A stretch of DNA of 64,000 nucleotides from an uncultured delta proteobacterium (GTDB taxonomy: Bacteria > Desulfobacterota > Binatia > JACPRU01): contig CAVUWD010000016.1 of the NCBI GenBank assembly GCA_963745025.1, positions 640,001 to 704,000 of the forward strand. Reading direction: 5' to 3'. Each line of letters opens with the position of its first letter. The first letter of the stretch is position 1. The position numbers were made by a program, and so were the translations under genes. Below the pieces are notes generated by a model. It had not been told where the DNA came from. It ran no database searches and saw only the letters and a program-made list of their open reading frames with translations. This document shows positions 49,894 through 58,550 of the stretch, one piece after another.

Positions 49894-51327
49894 TTAGCGG
49901 TGCAGTTCCTCCAGGCGGCTCACGTCGTAGAGCCGGTCAACGTCCGCGCCGCTCCCCACGTCGGGATACCCCCGGCCGTAGCAGGGCACGAGCGTGCCGC
50001 GATCGTTTTGCAGGTCGAGCACGTTAATCGATTGGAAGGTCAGGACCCTCTGCCCCACGTTCATCTCCTTGATGGTGGGCTCTGTCATCTCCTCGCTCCA
50101 CTTCTTCTGCCACTGCCAGAACTTCCAGAGCTTTCCTTTCTTGTCCCACGCCATGCTGTACGAGGGCTCGAAGGTCTGGGTGTCCCAGAGCATGACCACG
50201 GCGCTGTAGGGGTGGCGCGGGTTCCTCGGGGTGCGCTCGACTATCGCGTAGTTGCGGAGCTCCCACCGATCGTTGTTTGGAACGATCCCCTTGGGGCCGC
50301 CGTAGTGGCTGTCCAGGTACTTCGAGTTCATCACGTGCACCACTTTCTTCCAGCCGAGAAACCGCCAGTTCCAGTCGAGCACCCGGCCCGAGAACGAGTA
50401 GAAGTCCTCCAGCGTGTGGTCGGTGCCGAGCAGCGAGTCGGACTTCGTCTCGACCGAGATGCGGCGCACGCGCCGCAGGCTCGGCACATAGGCCCAGGCG
50501 TCGTCCGCCCGCAGCGGGTCGGTGTAGCGGTAGATGATGAACGCCGTTCCGCGGATGTCGAACGGATCGTGAAAGCCGGTGTACTCCTTGAACTCGAAGT
50601 CCTGCGAATCCTTTCCCGGCAGTAAAGCGCCATGCTCGCGCTGCTTTGCGACGTGCGAGAAGTAAGCCCGCTGGTAGGGCCCCTGCAGAGCGCGCTGGAA
50701 CGTACCGCCCCCCTGGTAGGCCGCGGAGTTGTCGGCGGGGACGTCGGCCTTGACGGTCGCAAGGTGGTCGGGTGGCTTGGTCAAGACGAACGGCCCGTGC
50801 GTGCCGCCGTCGAAGCGGTCCCAGATCCAACCGACGTCCGTGATCGCCAGACCGTAGTTCTGCCAGCGGAAGTTGTAGTTCCAAGCCGCCTTGAGACCGG
50901 AGGCCTCCGCCTCTTCGACCTTCAGCTTGGTCGGGGCGAACGGTAGGCCGCACACGTAGTTCTTGAGCGCCCCGTTCGCCTCGAGCGTGACCTGGGACTG
51001 GTACTGCTCGGTGCACTGTATGTAGTCCTTGTGCTGGCTGTAGTCGCCCGGCGCGCCGATCTCTGCGCGGAAATCAGGGAAGTCGAGCTGCTCGATGTAC
51101 CCCGGTGGAATGAACGGGCGGAGCTTGTCTAGATCCTTCTGGGTGATGACGTCGCCCGCCTTGAACGTGGGCTCCGCATCCTGGTACTTCTTGACCCACT
51201 CGTCGAACGTCGCCCGGGTGTAACTCTTCACATCGTCGGCGGCCAGCGCCGCCGAGGCGAGGAGAACCCAGGCGATCGCGATTGGCATCCAGCGCCGAGC
51301 GTATTTGTTCGTCCCACTGCTGTTCAT
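49894..51327 (-). CDS. DUF1329-family periplasmic protein
   Basis: Signal peptide, GLPF, AWN, DDAWAYVPSLRRVRR, D...GTD...D, HPYS and D.KG.LWK motifs. Confidence 0.85.
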   Translation of the reverse strand: MNSSGTNKYARRWMPIAIAWVLLASAALAADDVKSYTRATFDEWVKKYQDAEPTFKAGDVITQKDLDKLRPFIPPGYIEQLDFPDFRAEIGAPGDYSQHKDYIQCTEQYQSQVTLEANGALKNYVCGLPFAPTKLKVEEAEASGLKAAWNYNFRWQNYGLAITDVGWIWDRFDGGTHGPFVLTKPPDHLATVKADVPADNSAAYQGGGTFQRALQGPYQRAYFSHVAKQREHGALLPGKDSQDFEFKEYTGFHDPFDIRGTAFIIYRYTDPLRADDAWAYVPSLRRVRRISVETKSDSLLGTDHTLEDFYSFSGRVLDWNWRFLGWKKVVHVMNSKYLDSHYGGPKGIVPNNDRWELRNYAIVERTPRNPRHPYSAVVMLWDTQTFEPSYSMAWDKKGKLWKFWQWQKKWSEEMTEPTIKEMNVGQRVLTFQSINVLDLQNDRGTLVPCYGRGYPDVGSGADVDRLYDVSRLEELHR

Positions 51328-51353
51328 GAGCTTTTCCTCCTCCGTGCTCTTCG

Positions 51354-52701
51354 TTAATCCCGCGCAGGCACGGGCGCGAGCGCGCCCTGCTGCGGAGCGT
51401 TTTCCTCCGTCCGGATCAACCGGGTTGCCGTCCGGGCCAGAGCTTCCGCGGCGGTGTAACGTACCGCCGGCGCCTTCTCCTGGACCAGCTCGGTGAGCGG
51501 GTCGATGACTCTGCGGCTAGGTATCCGTCCCAGGGCCCACGCCACCTCGGCTCGCAAGATCGGGTTCTCGTCCATGCGCAGCATTGCGGTGAGCGCACCG
51601 ATCTCCCCGGCGCCGCCCGCGACGCCGACCACCTGCGCGGCCGCGAGCCTCACTCCCAGGTCGGAGACGGTGAGCCCGGCGAGCAAGACCTCGCGAGCGA
51701 TGGCGTAGTCCACGTGCTCGAGCGCCATCGCCGCGTGGCGCCGTGTGAAGCCGTCGTCGTCTTCCAGCGCCTGCCGGAGCCGCGGAAGGCCATCCTTGTT
51801 CCTGTACCGGCTGAGCGCCGCCGCAGCGGCGATCGTCACGTCGATCTCGGGATCGCGGAGCAGCTTCGTGAGCACGGGGACGATCCGCTCCTCCTTCGCG
51901 TAGCCGAGCGCCAGCGCCGCGGCGGCTCGGCCGGTGCCCGGAGCGCCTTCGAGCGCCACGAGCAGCAGCGGGACGCCGGAGCGGTCGCCGAGACGCAGGA
52001 GCGCCTGCGCGGCGGTGACTCGCTCGAACATCCGCGCGTCCTCGCGCGCGAGGACGCCCCGCACCGCGGGGACCGCCGAGGCGTCGCCGAGCAGCCCGAG
52101 ATCCTCGACCGCCTGCAGCCGCAGGCTCGGGTCGGCGTCTCGGACGGCCTGCGATCAGCAGATCGAACCCATCCCGGCTTGCGGCGCCCTTGAGCCCCTG
52201 GATGACGAGGACCCGCCCGAAGGTGTCCGACTCGGCGTAGATCCGCCGCAGGATGCGCAGGGCTTCGCCGCGCCCGATCTCACCGAGCCCCTCGATCGCG
52301 GCGCGGCGGACGCCCGGATCCGAGGACGCGACGCCATCCTCGAGAACGCCGGCTCCCGACCAGTCTCCCTGCCCCGCGAGCGCGCTGGCGGCGTAACAGC
52401 GTTCGTAGGGATCCTCGTCCTTCAGCCCCTCGCGCAGCACGCCCAGCGAGAACCCGCGCAAGGCGGTGAGCCCTTCCGGGGTGTCAAGCCGGAAGCGCGC
52501 TCGGAGGGCCGCAACGGCCTCATGGAGGTTTCCGTCCGCGACCGAGTGCGCGACGGTCAGCAGGCCCGGGACGCTTCCCGCAGACGGCGCGTTCTCGGAC
52601 AGCGGGGCAGCCGCCGAAAGCGCGAGGACGGCGGCGATCCCGCAGAGAGTCCTCCACATGGCGACGATCCCGGACATGGTTTCCGACGGTTGTACCCGCA
52701 T
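51354..52701 (-). CDS. secreted HEAT/PBS-lyase repeat protein, +1 frameshift near 52152
   Basis: Signal-like N-terminus and repeated D.D..VR.AA..ALG units in both 51517..52701 and 51354..52064. The frames join at ATC G CAG. Confidence 0.75.
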
Positions 52702-55092
52702 TCACTCAGCCAGAGCCCGGACGGTCGGTCGCTGGGCCTCAGGGGGTTCCTCGAGAGGCGACGCTTCGGTGGTCATGAAGCGCGGCCGCACGATCGAAAA
52801 GATCGCCGGAACTAGCGTGATGGCGGCGAGCCAGTGTGTCAGCATCAGAAGCGCGAGCAACATCGCCATCTCCGCCGAGAATCGCAAGCTGGACAAGAAG
52901 TACCACGGCATCACGCCCCCGACCAGCGTCGTCGCCGTGAACGTCACCGCCATCCCGGAGGTCGCGACGGCGCGTTTGATGGCCATGTCTGCATCCCCAA
53001 GGCGCCCGTACTCCCGCTTGATGCGGTCCACGACGTACAAGATGTAGTCTACGCCGATTCCCATGCCGACGGCGGTCACCGGCAGCGTGTTGATGTTCAT
53101 GCCGATGCCTTTCAGTCCGATGTATAGGAAGCTCACGACTCCGGCCGCGATGAGTGTCGTCATCACCATGTTGCCAGCCACGAACGACTGATAGCTCAGG
53201 CTCACCAACACGTAGATGGCGACGATGATGAGGATGGTGTTGACCCGATCGGAATGGGCGATTTCGTCGTTCAGTGCGGCGGTCGTCCCGATGGTCCCGC
53301 CACCGAGCCGGAAGTTGAGCCCATCCACAGGGTGCGTCGCGATGAAGGCCTTGGCACGTGCCACCGCGTTCTCGATCGTCACCCCGCGCGCGTCCTTGTA
53401 GAAAATGACCAGCTGGCCATCTTTTGCGTCGAAGTCCATGTACTCGAGGATCACGCCGGGCACCGGGGCTCCGGCCTCGTACATGAAGATCATGTTTCCC
53501 ACGCCCGCGGCATCCGGCGGAATCACCTGCCACTTGGGATCGTTGTAGTGATACAGGCGGTTGACGGACCTGACTAGCGAGGGCGCATCGCGCGTCCCCC
53601 CAGCCTCGGGTTGCTCCAACATGTAACGGCGGAAACTCTCGAGCGTCTCGAGGACGACAGGCTCCTTCAACACGTTCGAGCGACCGCCTTCGAGGTAGAT
53701 GACGAACTGGTTCGCGCCGGCAAAGTTGGCGTTGATGTTGCGGGTGGAGATGTTGAAATGCGAGTTCGGCCACAGCAGCGGCGAGCCGGCCTCCGTCTCT
53801 CCGATCTGAACGTGCACCGCCTGCTGAAGGCCGAGCGCCACGATTACCGCCGCCGTCACGACGATGACCCACCGGTAGGTCCGATGCGTACAGAATTCCC
53901 CCACGCCATGCAGAAAGGAGACCATCCACCGCGGGACGTAGTGCTTGGTCACATGCGGAGTTGGCAGGGTATTCAAGAGCAGCGGCATCAACATGAGAAT
54001 CGTGAAGATATTCGAAAAGCCCCAAAAGGAGCCGAAGAAAGCCAGCTTGCGAATTAGGGGGATCGTCGCCACGCTGAGCACCAGGATCCCGGCAGCATCG
54101 GCCAGGACCCCGATGACGCCGGGAATGACGAGCTCGGTAAACGCTCGCTCTATGGCGAGATGGCGGTCGCCGCCCGTGTTCTCGAGCTCCTCGAAGTAAC
54201 GCTCGATCATCTGCACGGCGTGACTCGCGGCGCGCGCCGAGATGAGAAGGGGGATCACCAGAATGAGCGGGTCGAGGTTGTATCCGAGGACCGCCGTGAA
54301 ACCGAGGCCCCAGATCGCCTGCACGCAAGTGCCGATGACCGGCAGGATCCAACCGTAAAGGCGCCGGAAGTAAACCACCAGGGTGACGAACACGAAGAGG
54401 CCGGTCGCGGTGAAGATCAGAGCGAGCTCGCCCGTGTGGAACCATACCCACCCCTTGAGAACGGGCTCGCCAGAGGCGTACAAGACGGTGTTCTCGTCCT
54501 CGACCTTCTGCTTGATCTTCATGATCTCGCGGTGGATGTTGCGGTAGTCGAGGCGCTCCTCGTTGAAGCCGGCGAGGATCAGTGCGGACTTCCCGTCCGC
54601 CGCGATGTATTTCCCGTAGACGATGTCGTTGTTGAACATTGCCTCCTTGAGCCGCAGGAGTTCCTTCGGGTCGGGTGTAATGTCCTCGGGGAGGACGGGC
54701 CGTGAGACGATCAGACCCCCCGAGCCAGTCTCGAGCCTGCGGATCTTCACGTGGGCGATCGAGGCGACCTGATAATGGTTCACGCCGTCGATCTGGTCGA
54801 CCGCCTCGGTCACGTAGCGGATCTTCTGCAGGGTCTGCGCATTGAAGATGTCGCCTTGCTTGACCGCGACCGCGAGCACCACCACGTTCGCACCACCGAA
54901 AGTCTGGCGGAAATGGTTGTAGGCCTTGATGTAGGGGTGTCCTTGCGGAAGCAGGTCGGCGAACTGGCTGTACATCTCGACCTTGCGCGCGTGGTAGCCG
55001 AAGAAGATGGTGATCATGAGGATCGCGCTGAGCGAGATCCAGGAATGCCGCAGGACCCACCGGGCAGCCGCTACGAGAAATCGTTCAAGCAC
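52702..55092 (-). CDS. MMPL/RND-family transporter
   Basis: Two repeats of a periplasmic domain plus TM bundle. LLPQGHPY, FGGAN, ISARAASHAVQ and GMGIGVDY motifs. Confidence 0.9.
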   Translation of the reverse strand: MLERFLVAAARWVLRHSWISLSAILMITIFFGYHARKVEMYSQFADLLPQGHPYIKAYNHFRQTFGGANVVVLAVAVKQGDIFNAQTLQKIRYVTEAVDQIDGVNHYQVASIAHVKIRRLETGSGGLIVSRPVLPEDITPDPKELLRLKEAMFNNDIVYGKYIAADGKSALILAGFNEERLDYRNIHREIMKIKQKVEDENTVLYASGEPVLKGWVWFHTGELALIFTATGLFVFVTLVVYFRRLYGWILPVIGTCVQAIWGLGFTAVLGYNLDPLILVIPLLISARAASHAVQMIERYFEELENTGGDRHLAIERAFTELVIPGVIGVLADAAGILVLSVATIPLIRKLAFFGSFWGFSNIFTILMLMPLLLNTLPTPHVTKHYVPRWMVSFLHGVGEFCTHRTYRWVIVVTAAVIVALGLQQAVHVQIGETEAGSPLLWPNSHFNISTRNINANFAGANQFVIYLEGGRSNVLKEPVVLETLESFRRYMLEQPEAGGTRDAPSLVRSVNRLYHYNDPKWQVIPPDAAGVGNMIFMYEAGAPVPGVILEYMDFDAKDGQLVIFYKDARGVTIENAVARAKAFIATHPVDGLNFRLGGGTIGTTAALNDEIAHSDRVNTILIIVAIYVLVSLSYQSFVAGNMVMTTLIAAGVVSFLYIGLKGIGMNINTLPVTAVGMGIGVDYILYVVDRIKREYGRLGDADMAIKRAVATSGMAVTFTATTLVGGVMPWYFLSSLRFSAEMAMLLALLMLTHWLAAITLVPAIFSIVRPRFMTTEASPLEEPPEAQRPTVRALAE

Positions 55093-55118
55093 GGGTCACC
55101 TCGGCTCGAGCCGGATCT

Positions 55119-56306
55119 TCAGGAAGAGCTCCCGGGCAAGGCCGCCGCGAGACGCTCGCGCGGCAGGCTTTCCCAGGTTTCTCCGCGGTCGCGGGAGAGG
55201 AGCACCGCGGCCTTGCCGCCGACGGCGACGCCGAGCGCCCCATCCGCCGAGAAATCCGCGCCGCGGATCCACGTGAAGAGTCTGTGGGAGATCTCCTCGT
55301 CGGCAACCCAGCCCTCTGCGCGATGGTGCACGACCGTACCGAGCACTCCGGTGGCGATCAGGCCGCCGATCGGCGTTGGGAGGACCTTGAAGAGAGTGTT
55401 CCGCGTGCCGGCGCGCGCCGCCGTCCAGTGGTGGCCGCGATCGACGGTCGTCAGCACGAAGCCGCCGGCGCCCACCACGTAGCCCGCGTCGGGCGTGACG
55501 AAGGCGGCGTCGAAGAGGTAGAGGTCTTCCTTGCTGAGCGGAGGGATGCCTACGCGCAGCGCGACCTCCTCGGTGACATCCTCGACGTAGGGAGGCAGCC
55601 CCGTGATCTCTTCGTCCCGCTGCCACGTCTCGCCCCCGTCCCCGGTGTGCAGTATCGTCCCGAACTCCCCTACGACCCATCCCTCCTGGTCGTCGACGAA
55701 CGTCACCGCGTTCAGGGTCACGTCCTTGCTGAGGGACCGGTCCTCCCAGGTGACGCCGTCGTCCGTCGAGCGCAGCAGCATCCCCACCGGCCCCACGGCC
55801 CAGATCCGGCGGGGATCGCGGCTCCGCGCGAAGCCAAGGACGTTCTCCTTCACGCTGCCCGGGGCCACCGGCGACCAAGATCGCCCGCCGTCGGTGGTGC
55901 GGAGGATGAGGCCGCCGCGCCCGCCGATCACGCCGGTCGACGGGTCGCGGAAGCTCACGCAGAAGAGCGGCTCGCGGACGGCAGGTGCGCGGAGCTCGGC
56001 CTTGCGGCCCCGCTCGCCGAGCAGGATCGCGGCCCCGTACGAGCCGACGATCCACACGTGGTCAGCGTCGACGACGTCGACCGCGTAGTAGTCCTCCTCC
56101 GCGGGTAGGATCCCGCCTTCCACGGCGGTACGGCTTGATGCCGACGGCGGCGCCTCGGCGGCGAAATGCAACTTGGCGTAGGTGGTCCCGACCAGTAGCG
56201 CGACGACGGCGAGCCCGGTAGGTCCGCGCGGAGACTTGCGTGCCCTGCCGGCCGCGCGTGAGTCGCGCGGCCGGGTTTCGAGAGGTGGTCGATTTGGAGT
56301 GGACAC
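55119..56306 (-). CDS. YCF48-like BNR/beta-propeller protein
   Basis: Repeats of G..G.IL.T.DGG.(S/T)W and an N-terminal TM/signal segment. Confidence 0.88.
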   Translation of the reverse strand: MSTPNRPPLETRPRDSRAAGRARKSPRGPTGLAVVALLVGTTYAKLHFAAEAPPSASSRTAVEGGILPAEEDYYAVDVVDADHVWIVGSYGAAILLGERGRKAELRAPAVREPLFCVSFRDPSTGVIGGRGGLILRTTDGGRSWSPVAPGSVKENVLGFARSRDPRRIWAVGPVGMLLRSTDDGVTWEDRSLSKDVTLNAVTFVDDQEGWVVGEFGTILHTGDGGETWQRDEEITGLPPYVEDVTEEVALRVGIPPLSKEDLYLFDAAFVTPDAGYVVGAGGFVLTTVDRGHHWTAARAGTRNTLFKVLPTPIGGLIATGVLGTVVHHRAEGWVADEEISHRLFTWIRGADFSADGALGVAVGGKAAVLLSRDRGETWESLPRERLAAALPGSSS

Positions 56307-56329
56307 TTCTCGTGCTTTAGGGCGAGCTG

Positions 56330-58375
56330 CTAGAACCGGTACCGCGCCCTTGCCCAGAACTCGTCCATCTGGTTGCGCTCGGAGCCGCCGGCCTGCATGT
56401 GACCGATGCCGAAGCCTGTCTCGGTGAACGGAATGTGGTTCAGGGGATTGGCGGCCAGCTGGGCCGCTGGCGTGTTAGTGGTGAAGAGGGAGAAGGGACC
56501 GATGTCGTGCACTTGGCGCGAGCCGAGGAACCCGGTGATTCCGAGCTGCAGGGACATGTGGTTGTTGACCAGGTACTCGAGGTTGCCGCCGAGGGTGGCG
56601 TCCTTGCCGGTCAGGCCGTACGCGCCGAAGATGAGGGCGACGAGCTGATCCTGCATATACTGGGTCTGCGCGAAAGACGTGAAGATGAAGTTGTTGTTGT
56701 CTCCGCCCGTGTACCCGAAGCGCCCGGACTTCACGTCGGGCACGTGGGTCCCAAAGACCTGGGCGCTCAGGAAGAAGCTCCGCAGAGGATTCAGCGCGCG
56801 GATCATCGTCGGCCGATCGACGCCCATCACCCAGCGCACGATGTTCGAGCTGTTCAGCCAGTTCTTCTGCGTCGTGTCGGTGACCAGGGCGTTCGCCGTC
56901 CACGAGTTCTCACTGCGGATGACGAGGCCCGTGTTCGGCTCGAACCAGTCGAACGAGATTCCGAGTGTGTTCTGCTTCCGATACCGGGCCGTGAGCTCGC
57001 CGGTCAGGGCGCACATGTCTATGTACCGGGCCTGCTTGAGCGCGTTGGGCTCGTTGGCGACGATAGGTGCGGCCGCCATGTTGATCGCGTTCGGATTGAC
57101 GTGGACCCGCACGGGAAGCGGAACGCCCGTGGCGGCGGGATTCGTCAGGGTCGTGTGCCCGCCGGCCCCGTCCACGCCCGGCGCAGGCAGCACCTCGTTG
57201 CAGCCCGGGAGGTCCAGGACGTGAAACTGGCTCCAGCCGAAGGCGGGCACGTCCTGGAAGGCGAACCAATCCGTCAGCTGAACGCGGACGTTGCCGAACA
57301 GCCACGCCCACTTCGAGCCGACGCCCGTGTTCTTGAGGTTCCAGTCCGGCCTCCGGTCGAAGGTGAGCGCCGCGTTGACCGAGTTGACGGGCTCGTTCGA
57401 GAAGATGGCATTGCCGAAGTCGTTGGAGCCGAACGCGAAGGAGCCGAGCTCGCGGCCGAAGCCGATCGCCCAGGGCTGGCCTCCGTTCCCGAACCCCAGC
57501 GAAGTGTAGCGGTCGAACACCCAGACCGCGCTGCCTGCGAGCTGTTTGAACACGCCGACGTCGCCGAAGCGGTGCTCGAACAGCGCCGACCACAGCGGGA
57601 CCCGCGTGTCGTCGAACGGGTCGATGAAGAAGTGATCGGCGAAGTTGACCGGGTTGACGACGTCCTGGAGACGGAAGAAGTCCGCCTTGCCCCACACGTG
57701 CTGCTGCTTCCCCAGCCGGAGCCAGTTCAGCCCGCCGGCGGCGTCGAAGTACATGTCGACGTAGGTCTCGCGGATCGGGTAGTAGAGGTCCGCGTTGGTT
57801 GCATGGAGCCTTCCCCAACGCAGGTCGCTCCCGCTCGCGTCGAGGTCGATCCACGCGCCCTTTTGCGTCTGGGGGTTGAGGAATCTTACGTCCGGGCTTC
57901 TCGGGCTCGGTATGCGGAGGTTGCTCTTCGCGTAGATCTCCTCGAAGTCGTGAGTATTGTAGCCGAATGCGTTGAGGAGATCGGCGGTGCCACCAACGCC
58001 AGGAGTGGGCGGTACGCCGCGTCCCGATGTCGCGCGTCCCGGATCGCCGTAGCGTCCGCTCACGTCGTAGATCGACTCGTACTCGGGCCTGAGCTCCATG
58101 AAGTACTCGAGGCGGTTGAAAAAACCGCCGTCTGGGATCGGACCGCTGAACTGCAGGCTCGCCCGGTACCGAGAGGAGGCGGCGTGATAGTCATCCTTGA
58201 ACGTGTCGGAGCGGAGGATCGTGAAGTTGTCCAGGTACCCGTGTGTGTGGGTCTGGAAGTAGTCCAACACTCCCTGCGCACGGACGACACTGGGTGAGAG
58301 AAGCAGTAACCAGACCGCAGCGATCCGCGCGGCTGTCGATGCTCCTCTCGCAAGCGACTTTACGCGGTGGGCCAT
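56330..58375 (-). CDS. DUF1302-like outer-membrane beta-barrel protein
   Basis: Signal peptide, IRETYVD, LRLGKQQHVWGKADFFRLQDVVNP and a C-terminal aromatic RYRF. Confidence 0.8.
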   Translation of the reverse strand: MAHRVKSLARGASTAARIAAVWLLLLSPSVVRAQGVLDYFQTHTHGYLDNFTILRSDTFKDDYHAASSRYRASLQFSGPIPDGGFFNRLEYFMELRPEYESIYDVSGRYGDPGRATSGRGVPPTPGVGGTADLLNAFGYNTHDFEEIYAKSNLRIPSPRSPDVRFLNPQTQKGAWIDLDASGSDLRWGRLHATNADLYYPIRETYVDMYFDAAGGLNWLRLGKQQHVWGKADFFRLQDVVNPVNFADHFFIDPFDDTRVPLWSALFEHRFGDVGVFKQLAGSAVWVFDRYTSLGFGNGGQPWAIGFGRELGSFAFGSNDFGNAIFSNEPVNSVNAALTFDRRPDWNLKNTGVGSKWAWLFGNVRVQLTDWFAFQDVPAFGWSQFHVLDLPGCNEVLPAPGVDGAGGHTTLTNPAATGVPLPVRVHVNPNAINMAAAPIVANEPNALKQARYIDMCALTGELTARYRKQNTLGISFDWFEPNTGLVIRSENSWTANALVTDTTQKNWLNSSNIVRWVMGVDRPTMIRALNPLRSFFLSAQVFGTHVPDVKSGRFGYTGGDNNNFIFTSFAQTQYMQDQLVALIFGAYGLTGKDATLGGNLEYLVNNHMSLQLGITGFLGSRQVHDIGPFSLFTTNTPAAQLAANPLNHIPFTETGFGIGHMQAGGSERNQMDEFWARARYRF

Positions 58376-58425
58376 TTCGGGTCCCTCCTTCCCATCTAGC
58401 ACCGAGTCATCCGGGTATATTGAAC

Positions 58426-58441
58426 AGCAAAGCGTGTGCCG
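58426..58441 (-). promoter_or_regulatory. sigma54 -24/-12 promoter of the envelope/catabolic operon
   Basis: CGGCAC-ACGCT-TTGCT on the minus strand. Confidence 0.75.
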
Positions 58442-58472
58442 TCGTCGATCTGCATTATTCTGAACACAGATT

Positions 58473-58485
58473 CAATTCATTGATT
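58473..58485 (-). promoter_or_regulatory. IHF-binding site
   Basis: AATCAATGAATTG matches WATCAANNNNTTR, lies in an AT tract, and sits between the activator sites and the -24 box. Confidence 0.65.
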
Positions 58486-58492
58486 TAAAAAA

Positions 58493-58527
58493 TGCGGCAG
58501 GATGCAACGGCGTGGAAGATTGCCACA
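58493..58527. promoter_or_regulatory. tandem candidate activator sites
   Basis: TGCGGCAGGATGCAACG (58493-58509) and CGTGGAAGATTGCCACA (58511-58527). Confidence 0.6.
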
Positions 58528-58550
58528 GTCGATTCTTTGTATTTCCAACA

